Source of the DNA: Octopus bimaculoides | Taxonomy: Eukaryota | Assembly (NCBI RefSeq): GCF_001194135.2 | Contig: NC_068990.1 | Span: 603,447-637,262 of the forward strand | DNA: 33,816 nucleotides | Direction of reading: 5' to 3' | In this document: positions 1-9,789 of the stretch, in pieces | Layout: every line of letters begins with the position of its first letter | Numbering within the stretch: position 1 is the stretch's first letter | Position numbers and translations under genes: made by a program | The notes under the pieces: model-generated | Seen by the model: only the letters and a program-made list of their open reading frames with translations | Told to the model about the DNA's origin: nothing | Database searches by the model: none

Positions 1-17
1 ACACACACACACACACA

Positions 18-165
18 TTTCCATCTGTCAAATCTGCTCATGAGGCTTTGGTCGATCCGCGGCTATAGCTGAAGACACTCGGCCAAAGAGCCACACAGCG
101 AGACACTCGGCCACCGGAGCCATGTGGTTGGGAAGGAAGCTTCTTCCCACACAGCCACGGCTGCT
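18..165 (-). mobile_element. tRNA-derived SINE family A (CORE-like, octopus OR-type), diverged
   Basis: Reverse complement begins GCAGCCGTGGCTGTGTGGGAAGAAGCTTCCTTCCCAACCACATGGCTCCGG (A-box-like head) and matches the copies at 2624 and 4360. Confidence 0.8.
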
Positions 166-178
166 TCTGTATATATAT

Positions 179-238
<60 letters not shown>
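179..238. repeat. (CAT)n microsatellite, probably the (ATG)n tail of the adjacent minus-strand element
   Basis: About 20 CAT units directly abutting the family D element; source of the poly-His/poly-Asp/poly-Met ORFs. Confidence 0.95.
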
Positions 239-490
239 TTTTATTTAGCGTTCGTTTTTCCATACGTGAATGGTTTGGACGGTTTGACAGGAGCTGATCG
301 ACTGAAGAACCGTCCAGGCTCCATGTCTGTTTTGGCATGGCTTCTACGGTTGGATGCCCTCCCTAACGCCAGCTACTTTACAGAGTGTGCTGGGTGTTTT
401 AACGCAGCACCGGCGCGGGTGCGTTTACGTGGCACCGGTACGAGTGCTTTTGATGTGGCACCAACACCCACGAGCCCGCAAGATTATGAA
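239..490 (-). mobile_element. SINE-like family D, 3' part
   Basis: GGATGCCCTCCCTAACGCCA and GGACGGTTTGA blocks shared with 21700-22058; ends in the (CAT)n tail; internal GTGGCACC repeats. Confidence 0.75.
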
Positions 491-699
491 TGCTCAGCTG
501 AAGAGGGATACAAGAGACATGTATGCAAGGACAATCACGTTTTTACTTATCTTGGCATGTTTTCTCAAGCACAGCAAACCGCCAGGAGTCTTGGTCCCCT
601 GTTGTACGTCTTGTGTTGGACCCGTCTGAAGATCATTTCTCACCACTTAAGAGCGCGGGCTACTAACCCCAAGATTCCAAGTTCAATTCCAGGCAGTGA

Positions 700-703
<4 letters not shown>

Positions 704-777
<74 letters not shown>
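704..777. repeat. (AAT)n microsatellite
   Basis: About 25 perfect AAT units. Confidence 0.97.
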
Positions 778-779
<2 letters not shown>

Positions 780-826
780 TCGAAAAATACCTTAGGAATG
801 AGAACCCAGGTTCGAAATTTCCCTAA

Positions 827-872
827 GACACCCGATGAAGGCTAGAGGGTACATCAGCCAAAACTTTGTGTT
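827..872 (+). ncRNA. Degenerate minimal type I hammerhead ribozyme motif
   Basis: Stem I GACAC(827-831)/GTGTT(868-872); core CCGATGA+A; stem II GGCT/AGCC; AAAAC-TTT in place of GAAAC-GUH. Three core substitutions. Confidence 0.5.
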
Positions 873-1004
873 GACAACAAATGAGATGAGTACCAATATC
901 TGTCAAATGTAAATAATGTAAATAATGTAAATCACTTACACCCAGTCGTATCTGCACACTGATATTACACATCCAGTAAAGAATACTGTCTCAGTGTGAC
1001 TTTA

Positions 1005-1255
1005 TGTGTGTGTGACTGTGTGTGTTTGTTCGTGTCTATGTGTGTGCGTTCGTATGTGTGAGTTCCTGTGTGTTTGTGTGTACGTGTGTACTTCTGTATG
1101 CATGTTTCCATGTGTGCGTATGTGTATGTGTGTGTATCCTTGTGGGCATGAGGGCGTGCTTGTGTTCTTGTTTGTCTTCGCATGCGTGTGTGTATGTATG
1201 TGTGTGTGTGTGTGAGTGTGTGAGTGTGTGAGTGTATGTGTGTGCGCGCGCACGT
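1005..1255. repeat. Degenerate (GT)n simple repeat
   Basis: GT/GTAT/GTGA-rich run. Confidence 0.9.
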
Positions 1256-2129
1256 GTGTCCACGAGTCTTTGTAAGGCCTTCTATTGAGAGTATTCAAAA
1301 TCGGTCGTGTTCCATATATGAAGACCGACTCTTTTATCTGTCGTAGCGATGCGTCGTCTGGGTGTCTAGACAGGATTTTGATGCTAATCCGGTTCAGCAC
1401 ACCACCATGTTGTTCTTTGGCACGGTGATAGAGTATCGAGGTTTGTCTTTTATTCCCTGTACTCCCTCCAATGTTCATTTATATTATTACTGGCATAATG
1501 TCCCCCACCCCTCAAGATTCAATAGTATGCTTTATAATGATTTCAACAAATCATTATTTTCCATTACGTTCAATGAAGTCATCCAGTGAAATTCTAAAAT
1601 GTTCTACTATGACTTCCTTTCAGTACAGAAATAATTTGGTAAATTACGATTCGTTGTATTTTTGCATTTGAAAATTTTCGTAGATTTCTCTTATGACGTA
1701 ATAATTTCTCTTTAACAGAATTTCACCATAATACGTAGTAAGTTCTTGATTGTGATTCATGTCTTCCACACTTCAGGTGAGAGAAACAGATATTAAATTG
1801 ATAGTCTCTGTCTACACTCAGCACAGCATTGAGATGTTTCATTGATAGTATGGATGGATCGATATGCATTGGATTTTATTTGCATTATGTATGTGTGTGT
1901 CTGTAATATGTGCGTGAGTGTGTGTGTGTGCATATGTACATACATACATGCATAGATACATATCCACATGCACACAAATCTGTAACATTTTCCAGACGTT
2001 TACCATTTAAGTATATAAGCGCATGTCTAGATATGCAACTATATGCACGAGAATGCATACGTAAAACAAAACATACAAGTCTGCACATGCACTGATTCTA
2101 CATACTGCACATATACACATACGCATGCA

Positions 2130-2237
2130 GAAATACCCTGCTGATGTTTTAATTCCAAAGAAGGAGCCTTGGAACTAGGTTAGAAATCAATTCTTTCTCT
2201 ATTGGCAAGAAATCTTGAAATAAAACTGAACAATGAC
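2130..2237 (+). mobile_element. Interspersed repeat family F (retroposon 3' end linked to ATAC tails)
   Basis: AAATACCCTG...GAAGGAGCCTTGG...GGCAAGAAATCTTGAAATAAAACTGAA; homologous copies at 20562-20670 (-) and 25853-25940 (+). Confidence 0.75.
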
Positions 2238-2623
2238 NNNNNNNNNNGTGGTAAAAAGCTTGCTTCCCAACCACATGGTTCTGGGTTCAGTTCCACTACA
2301 CAAGTGTCTTATATAGCAGCTTCGGGCCGACCAAAGCTGAAAGAAGCCCGTTGAATATGTATGTGTGTGTGTGTGTTTGTGTGTGTGTGAGAGAGAGANN
2401 NNNNNNNNCTATTGGCAAGAAATCTTGAAATAAAACTGAACAATGACATACATATATAAATGCATGCATGCATACATACATATGTATATATAGATAGTCT
2501 ACGTGTGCGTATGTTTGTACGTGATCGTGTGTGCGTGTGTTATACATATATGTGTGTGTGTGTGTTATGTGTGTATGTGTGTATGTATGTATGTATGTAT
2601 TCTTGCATGTATGTTTAAATACA

Positions 2624-2740
2624 GGTGTAGCCGTGTGGTAAAAAGCTTGCTTCCCAACCACATGGTTCTGGGTTCAGTTCCACTACACAAGTGTCTTATA
2701 TAGCAGCTTCGGGCCGACCAAAGCTGAAAGAAGCCCGTTG
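2624..2740 (+). mobile_element. SINE family A, internally deleted
   Basis: GTAGCCGTGTGGTAAAAAGCTTGCTTCCCAACCACATGGTTCTGGGTTCAGTTCC (A and B boxes), then CAAGTGTCTT...GGGCCGACCAAAGC. Confidence 0.85.
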
Positions 2741-2764
2741 AATATGTATGTGTGTGTGTGTGTT

Positions 2765-2796
<32 letters not shown>

Positions 2797-2889
2797 NNNN
2801 NNNNNNNNNNNNNNNNNNNNNNNNNNNNNNNNNNNNNNNNNNNNNNNNNNNNNNNNNNNNNNNNNNNNNNNNNNNNNNNNNNNNNNNNN

Positions 2890-2939
<50 letters not shown>

Positions 2940-2942
<3 letters not shown>

Positions 2943-3130
2943 TTTGTGATCCCTACTACTGCTTGACATTCGGTGTGTTTATGTCCACGTAAGCTAGCGG
3001 TTTGGCAATATACATCGATAGAAAAAGAACAAGGAATAACAAAAAAAAGTACTGGAGATGATTCATTCGATTAAAGTTTCTTTAAGGAGGTACACCAGCA
3101 TGGTCGTAGTCTAATGGTTGAAACAAGTAT
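2940..3130 (+). mobile_element. SINE-like family E, 3' part
   Basis: TGCTTGACA..CGGTG..TTTATGTCC..GTAA.CTAGCGG...CCAGCATGG.CG.AGTC..ATG..TGAAACAAGTA; reverse-complement copy at 19000-19210. Confidence 0.7.
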
Positions 3131-3544
3131 ATAAGTATATAATATGTATGTATACTTGTATATACATACATACATACATACATACATACATACATACATG
3201 TCAACACACGCATATCAATATATCCGGTATTTATTTTTTAATGCTGAAAAATGATATATAATAAATAAATCGGCATATCACATACTCCATAGATTTGATA
3301 TCGATGCATATGTATAAAAAGAATATTTAAGTATTTATTGACAAAAAAATTGAAAAATTAGTCTCAAAGAGAATTAAAAACGAAGGTAAGTTTATATAAA
3401 TTCTTTTAATCCTTTCTTGAGTTAAAACAATAAGAACTTATTTGATTATTGAATATTTCTTCAATAATGATTTTATCGTATTACCATTTTATTAAGTCAC
3501 TGTTGAATATGCGCCATTAATGATGACATATATTGTCTTCAAAT

Positions 3545-4323
3545 TTTGGTACAAAGGAAGAAGTACAAAAAGGACATGAAGAAGAATTACGCAAGAAGGG
3601 ACTACACAATTAATTCCATGCAGCCACAACAGAAGTTGCTGGAAAAAATAAGTTTGGATTGGCTGATGAACAGAACCTTAAAAAACAGAGACTGAGAGCA
3701 CTGTACTGACAGTGCAGAACCAAGCTTTGGCCACGAACTGGAGGGTCAACATGTGTCTCCGCTGTGTCGCATCTGCAATAGCGTGAATGAAACCATTGCC
3801 CATATTACAAATGAATGCCCTAGACTTGCCCCAAACCGCTACAAGTTGTGTCAACACGACCAGGTAGCGAAAGTGCTACACTGGAAACTGGGGGCTAGAG
3901 AGAGGCAAGAAGCGGTATGAGCACAAATGGGAGCGTGTGGCAGAGTCAGAGACCAGCAAAATCCTCTGGGATTTCCCAATCCAAACAGATCAGGTGCTAG
4001 AGCATAACACACCGGACCTAGTGGTGGTGGACGAGGTGCACCACAGATGCTATGTAGTTGACGTTTCATACCCCTTTGACCCACGAATAGTCAAGAAGGA
4101 AGGCGAAAAGATAGATAGATACAACCCTCTAAAGTACGAAATAGCCCGACTATGGAAAATGAAGGTGAAGACAGGGCCAATTATTGTTGGGTCCTTGGGA
4201 ATAGTATCAGAAGGTATCAAAAGAAATGTAAAGGAAATTGGAATAGAGTGCCCAGTAGAACTGTTACAAAAGGTCTGCCTTCTTGGCACGGGATGAATAA
4301 TCAGGAAAGTATTAGATAGCTGA
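3545..4323 (+). mobile_element. R4/Dong-clade non-LTR retrotransposon 3' fragment (CCHC zinc knuckle + RLE endonuclease), pseudogenised
   Basis: With frameshifts: ETESTVLTVQNQALATN, SPLCRICNSVNETIAHITNECPRLAPNRYKLCQHDQVAKVLHW, ILWDFPIQTDQVLEHNTPDLVVVD..CYVVDVSYPFD..EKIDRYNPLKYEIARLW..PIIVGSLG..LQKVCLLGT..IRKVLDS*. Confidence 0.92.
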
Positions 4324-4359
4324 AGAGAACGAATAGCATGGTGCCGGAGGATGCAGGCC

Positions 4360-4460
4360 ATAGTAGAAGACACTTGCCCAAGGTGCCACGCAGTGGGACT
4401 GAACCCGGGACCATGTGGTTGGTAAGCAAGCTACTTACCACACAGCCACTCCTGCGCCTA
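4360..4460 (-). mobile_element. SINE family A, well-preserved 5' part
   Basis: Reverse complement: GTGGCTGTGTGGTAAGTAGCTTGCTTACCAACCACATGGTCCCGGGTTCAGTCCCACTGCGTGGCACCTTGGGCAAGTGTCTTCTA (A box, B box, CORE-like CCTTGGGCAAG). Confidence 0.92.
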
Positions 4461-4576
4461 AACGAAACTGAAACTTGTATTAAAAAAAAAGATTTTTAAA
4501 AAATGGACGAAATGCAATGTTAACTTTTGCAGAATTTGAACTAATAACGCAAGGTACCGTCAGAAATACTAAAAGT

Positions 4577-4636
4577 AATCTACCTAATCTCCAGCAATCT
4601 ACCTAATCTCTAGTAATCTACCTAATCTCTAGCAAT
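4577..4636. repeat. 19-bp minisatellite x3
   Basis: AATCTACCTAATCTC(C/T)AG(C/T) at 4577, 4596 and 4615. Confidence 0.92.
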
Positions 4637-5399
4637 TCCACTTGTCTATCATACTTTATTTTATCGAATCGAAAAGACACGAACTTAACTCAGAAAATAA
4701 AGGGCCGGAAGATATACTGTAAAGAATTTTTTGACTAACGATTTAATGATTCATATACCACAAAGAATTTTGTGACTAACGGTTCTACAAATTTATTCAT
4801 GCTTTGCTCGCGGGGCTCAGAATAAATACCAAAACATGCTTCGAATTGTCTACGAAATTTGCCCAAAACAGAAAGAAATACAATCAGTTGTTCACTTAAC
4901 ATTTCTTTCACTTAATTTTCTCTGCCGAGTGATTGTTTCCAGTTCTCCCTGTATCAAATAAGTTAGCATTAAATTATTCGTTTTCATATGAATTACATCC
5001 GCGAGTTTGTTAATTTGTTCGCTGGATTTATTTTTAGCGTACGCCAGAATTCTTGAGATTTATGGCCGGTTTTATTAGTAATTCTCTGTATTTCTCTGCT
5101 TTCGTTTTGTTTATATTTTCTTGTTTTCTTTCAGATTTATACTGGTAATACTATCATGTTTTATGAAGCCGGGTCTAACATTTCCAGAATGTTTTCTGTT
5201 GGCAATTATTGAGATAATAATTATTACCAATCGTAAATGTTGAGCAATTGCAACTGTTGCACTCTGACCGACTCTGCTTCACCCGCCGTTGTTGTTAGCA
5301 CGATCAGAATTTAAAACGTCACTCTAAGTAGTTGCTTGACCAGCTAGAAATAGTAGTCAAATCTCCTTAAAATCACACACAAAGACTTAAGAAAGACAT

Positions 5400-5544
5400 G
5401 CTAGATTATATATACAAGCATATAATTACACAGAAACGCATATATATATATATACATATATGTATAATATATATGTAACATATACTCACACACACGTATA
5501 TATATGTGTATACACATACATATATGTACACACATATCACACAC

Positions 5545-5593
<49 letters not shown>

Positions 5594-5735
5594 AAGAACA
5601 TATATTCATATATATATATATATATATATGTACATATATTTACATGTGTATTCATATATACGTATAAACATATATTACATACATGCATACATATATAAAT
5701 TTATACGCACACACACACACACACACACACTTGCA
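5400..5735. repeat. (TA)n/(CA)n compound simple repeat
   Basis: Direct inspection. Confidence 0.92.
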
Positions 5736-5899
5736 TATAAAATGAATGTCTCATCTTGTCAGATGGTAGCCCTCTCAATTCAGCCTGTATGACTTTTCCC
5801 CATGCATCCATTGTCATAAGACTTTATAAAATACAAAACAGATCAAGAAATGCCAGTGAGACCTCTGTACGCTGTTGGATTCAAGGGACAAGATCTTAC

Positions 5900-6070
5900 G
5901 CAACACCATTCCCATTCTTTCGGTTGCCATAGTAACGTCCTGTGATAAGCATTGCATGATGACTGGTACTATTTTGACTGAAAGTTTTGTCATAGTATCT
6001 TTCTCCAGAACAGCTGCCTTCCTTACAGCTTTCTCAAAGACAACAGGGGGCGGGGGCTTCTCTTCTACTC
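5900..6070 (-). other. Candidate 171-nt phase 1-1 coding exon, or fragment of an unidentified TE ORF
   Basis: Minus strand TTTCTCATTTACATAATTTTCCCAG|GA GTA GAA... open frame VEEKPPPPVVFEKAVRKAAVLEKDTMTKLSVKIVPVIMQCLSQDVTMATERMGMVL, ending TTG C|GTAAGA. No family recognised. Confidence 0.3.
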
Positions 6071-6094
6071 CTGGGAAAATTATGTAAATGAGAA

Positions 6095-6235
6095 ATGGGA
6101 CCCTGACAGGTCCGAGTCAGAACGGACCATTGGAATAACGGTCATTAAGGAGTGACTCCGTGTACCCCACATCTCCAGAACTCCCGAAGAGGATCTTCAT
6201 AACCGGATGCAGTTTAATGTCATATCCGGACATAC
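6095..6235. mobile_element. Interspersed repeat family G
   Basis: ATGGGACCCTGACAGG..GAGTCAGAACGGACC..GGAATAACGGTCATTAAGGAGTGACTCC..GGATGCAGTTTAATGTCATATCC; diverged inverted homolog at about 29480-29585. Confidence 0.55.
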
Positions 6236-6536
6236 ATACATATATACATACATAATGCAAACATACATGCATACATACATGCATGCATGCATGCATACAT
6301 ACATACATACATACATACATACATACCTGTCTGGAGCAAATTATGCCTGAACATGGGATTTTATGGAGAGAATACAAATTCTTAATTCGTATGCTATGAA
6401 TGGTCAGGATATCTGGGACTAGAAAAATCTTCAAGACCTTCTTAAGGTCTTGAAAATTTAAAAGATGGCGGTTAAAAGAAGATACTTTCCTTGCCAATTT
6501 TTCTTCCAAGTGGGTGGCCGGTCAAAATTTAAAAAG

Positions 6537-7401
6537 NNNNNNNNNNNNNNNNNNNNNNNNNNNNNNNNNNNNNNNNNNNNNNNNNNNNNNNNNNNNNNNN
6601 NNNNNNNNNNNNNNNNNNNNNNNNNNNNNNNNNNNNNNNNNNNNNNNNNNNNNNNNNNNNNNNNNNNNNNNNNNNNNNNNNNNNNNNNNNNNNNNNNNNN
6701 NNNNNNNNNNNNNNNNNNNNNNNNNNNNNNNNNNNNNNNNNNNNNNNNNNNNNNNNNNNNNNNNNNNNNNNNNNNNNNNNNNNNNNNNNNNNNNNNNNNN
6801 NNNNNNNNNNNNNNNNNNNNNNNNNNNNNNNNNNNNNNNNNNNNNNNNNNNNNNNNNNNNNNNNNNNNNNNNNNNNNNNNNNNNNNNNNNNNNNNNNNNN
6901 NNNNNNNNNNNNNNNNNNNNNNNNNNNNNNNNNNNNNNNNNNNNNNNNNNNNNNNNNNNNNNNNNNNNNNNNNNNNNNNNNNNNNNNNNNNNNNNNNNNN
7001 NNNNNNNNNNNNNNNNNNNNNNNNNNNNNNNNNNNNNNNNNNNNNNNNNNNNNNNNNNNNNNNNNNNNNNNNNNNNNNNNNNNNNNNNNNNNNNNNNNNN
7101 NNNNNNNNNNNNNNNNNNNNNNNNNNNNNNNNNNNNNNNNNNNNNNNNNNNNNNNNNNNNNNNNNNNNNNNNNNNNNNNNNNNNNNNNNNNNNNNNNNNN
7201 NNNNNNNNNNNNNNNNNNNNNNNNNNNNNNNNNNNNNNNNNNNNNNNNNNNNNNNNNNNNNNNNNNNNNNNNNNNNNNNNNNNNNNNNNNNNNNNNNNNN
7301 NNNNNNNNNNNNNNNNNNNNNNNNNNNNNNNNNNNNNNNNNNNNNNNNNNNNNNNNNNNNNNNNNNNNNNNNNNNNNNNNNNNNNNNNNNNNNNNNNNNN
7401 N
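6537..7401. other. Assembly gap (largest; others at 2238-2247, 2399-2408, 2797-2889, 8561-8833, 15807-16472, 17768-17894, 23508-23517)
   Basis: Runs of N, mostly bordered by microsatellites. Confidence 1.
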
Positions 7402-7482
<81 letters not shown>

Positions 7483-7899
7483 CATACATATGTATATATA
7501 CACATATATACATCTACTACATATGTGGGAAATTCTGTCTGTGGATGTGTTTGTTTGTGGAGTTGTTTGCTAACTCCTCCTACATCGTTTTATAGATTTT
7601 GAGGAAACTTGACACGTGAGTAGAACTCGTGTCTAGAAATCTCGTGGCGTACTCAGATTGTTGAAAAAATCGATAATAGAGCTCCGGGAGGAGATCTTTA
7701 TATATAACTAATATATTTAATTTTAACAGCCAAGGTAAATTACCTAATTATTTCCCTATATTATTTGGTATAAATCAAATTGAGTATGCTTATTTCTTGG
7801 TACTTGAACTGTTAGAGTTATTTTTGCAATTTATCCAGTACAACCCTTAAACAAGTAAATCGTATTTTCCTAAACAATAGACCCACTTATTTCGGTTTG

Positions 7900-8445
7900 T
7901 GACTTATTCACGAATATACCATGAATGACGATACCTTTCATGTCACTTCAGTCAATTGATAAGCGCTGTATGAAGAACTGTTCTGCTTTTAGACAAATGC
8001 ACTGTCAACACAAAGGTCACACCCTGTTTACATGTAGGAACACCTTCTTAAAATCTATCTGTACATCTTGAAAATGGCCAGCGTGTATATTTCACAGGAG
8101 ACAATACTCGAAACGTAGTTCTGAATCCATGAGAAACCCCACGAGAAACGACTTTGACAGCTTTCTTCAAATTATGCCAATGTGATCTGTTTGCCTGAAC
8201 ACTGTTGTATGTAAAGATCTCTGTGTACTACACCTGGGTACACAATAGATGGAACAGACGCAAGCAAGGAGCACGCATTGAGAGCTTGAAAGAAGATGCT
8301 CTCTTCGGAAGCGGGGCCATCGGGCGGGTGTACACTGTGCACCCTAATCAGCAGGAGTGCTTCTTTCTGTATCTACTGCTACACACTGTCAGAGGTTCTA
8401 CATCATTCACAGATTTTCGAAGACACAATGGGAAGTCTACATAGC
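7900..8445 (+). mobile_element. Helitron Rep-Helicase fragment (pseudogene)
   Basis: LSVHLENGQRVYFT...TTLTAFFKLCQCDLFA*TLLY...YYTW...RWNRRKQG...IGRVYTVHPNQQECFFLYLLLHTVRGSTSFTD; classic post-Rep Helitron motifs, with stops. Confidence 0.92.
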
Positions 8446-8560
8446 AGTGGGGGATAATGGCGACGCTATTTAAAAGATTTGGATTTTCGAGCGCGGAGCT
8501 GAGAAAACTTATAAGGAGGATACAGGAGGCAGTCGAAAAGCCAGTTTCTATATATGGCTG
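8446..8560 (+). mobile_element. Possible C-terminal tip of an RLE-type LINE ORF (HERO/NeSL-like)
   Basis: TLFKRFGFSSAELRKLIRRIQEAVEKPVSIYG resembles the L..LG...LR..I..L.EAAE..S.WIW terminus; cut off by the gap. Confidence 0.4.
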
Positions 8561-9056
8561 NNNNNNNNNNNNNNNNNNNNNNNNNNNNNNNNNNNNNNNN
8601 NNNNNNNNNNNNNNNNNNNNNNNNNNNNNNNNNNNNNNNNNNNNNNNNNNNNNNNNNNNNNNNNNNNNNNNNNNNNNNNNNNNNNNNNNNNNNNNNNNNN
8701 NNNNNNNNNNNNNNNNNNNNNNNNNNNNNNNNNNNNNNNNNNNNNNNNNNNNNNNNNNNNNNNNNNNNNNNNNNNNNNNNNNNNNNNNNNNNNNNNNNNN
8801 NNNNNNNNNNNNNNNNNNNNNNNNNNNNNNNNNCTTAAGCTGTGTCACGTGACAGTTAACTAGCTATAGCGACTGGGGCCTGCCGGCGAGTATTTAAACG
8901 GGAAATCTGACAGGGTTGTCAGTCGCCTGCTGACAGTCGTGGACGCTGCATCGAATGATAATAATAATAAAAAAAACACAAAGAAAAAGAAAACGACGCG
9001 CACTCAACACCAGAGCTAATGGCACCTCCGAGGAATTAACTCTGACACCCTCCACT

Positions 9057-9359
9057 ATGGCTGCCACATTTATCACATCCGAGAAGAGCAAACGAAAGCT
9101 TTGCGATGAAGAGAATTATATATACGAAAAGCATGGAAACAACAGTAGAAAAACCAAGACATATTGGCGTTGTGAGCGGTATTATAAAAGTTGCCGAGCT
9201 AGACCGCATACAACTTACAAAAGCAGTGAACCAGTTAATGCCCAAAAGGCAGTTGACTCAATGAAAAATGAAGTAATGAAAACGGGCACAGTATCTTCAC
9301 AAGAAGTAATTCCAGATTTTTCTTCATTCGCAAAATATGCATTTTTTAAAAGGAAGTAA
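9057..9359 (+). mobile_element. FLYWCH zinc-finger fragment, MULE/Mutator transposase N-terminus
   Basis: TFITSEKSKRKLCDEENYIYEKHGNNSRKTKTYWRCERYYKSCRARPHT fits FLYWCH (F..S.KG..L...Y.Y....YWRC....CRAR); the final HNH is missing. Confidence 0.75.
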
Positions 9360-9789
9360 AACATCTGAAAATTGGCTATAATAATGTAGCCTTCCAATCT
9401 CATTGATTTGAAGGTTTGATGTTGTGGAGAAAAAATGTTACAGAGGTTTAAAAATAAAAAAAAAAACTGTGTATTTTTAGCCAATAGTGAGAGAAATTTT
9501 CTGCGTTTAATGGAGCAGTGTCAACTTTAAGGTTGTACACGGTGAAATTTATAGTTTAGCGTCTGACACGTTCATTGTAGGTTTCCAAGTAAACAGAAAT
9601 ACCTAATAAAATCAACATGTATCATCTTACTGTTTCTTTTGTCTCTTCATTGACTATTTATTAAAATTTGTTAATTTGTTATATCAACATATTTGTCTTC
9701 ATGTGTTTATTCATACGTATTTCAGTCCAAGTCTCACAAGCGTAGAGTTGACAGGAAAATGACACGGAAGACCATGATCTTTGTCTGAA

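Larger units (their letters stand above)
647..935 (+). mobile_element. tRNA-like head + (AAT)n + hammerhead-like 3' module (SINE/Penelope chimera candidate)
   Basis: TTAAGAGCGCGGGCTACTAACCCC (anticodon-arm-like GGG/CCC), AGTTCAATTCC B-box-like at 680-690, (AAT)n 704-777, degenerate HHR 827-872, TGTAAATAA tail repeats. Confidence 0.55.

Noticed and set aside
647-703. Functional tRNA gene
   Set aside because: 5' acceptor and D arm missing and B box degenerate; a SINE-type head only. The other tRNA-like heads were rejected for the same reason.
122-826. 234-aa ORF with poly-His and poly-Asn
   Set aside because: Read-through of SINE fragments and the (CAT)n and (AAT)n repeats; no domain signal.
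1380-1780. Possible TE or gene fragment, with a plus-strand AG...GTGAGA mini-exon at 1719-1777
   Set aside because: All long frames are interrupted and no motif is recognisable; splice-like signals of this quality are expected by chance.
2248-2460. Apparent exact duplication of SINE A + (GT)n (2248-2398 = 2636-2790) and of the family F tail (2409-2450 = 2190-2237)
   Set aside because: Identical sequence bracketed by 10-N gaps; almost certainly a scaffolding or gap-filling artefact, not a biological duplication.
3662-3670. CTGATGA motif
   Set aside because: Lies within LINE coding sequence (WLMN) with no stem II or GAAAC.
4920-5240. Minus-strand protein-like stretch (ISRILAYAKNKSSEQINKLADVI...)
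   Set aside because: Multiple stops, AT-rich, no family assignable.
6458-7602. Long ORFs of 320-376 aa (and those at 8348-8852 and 15708-16554)
   Set aside because: Translations of N-gaps.
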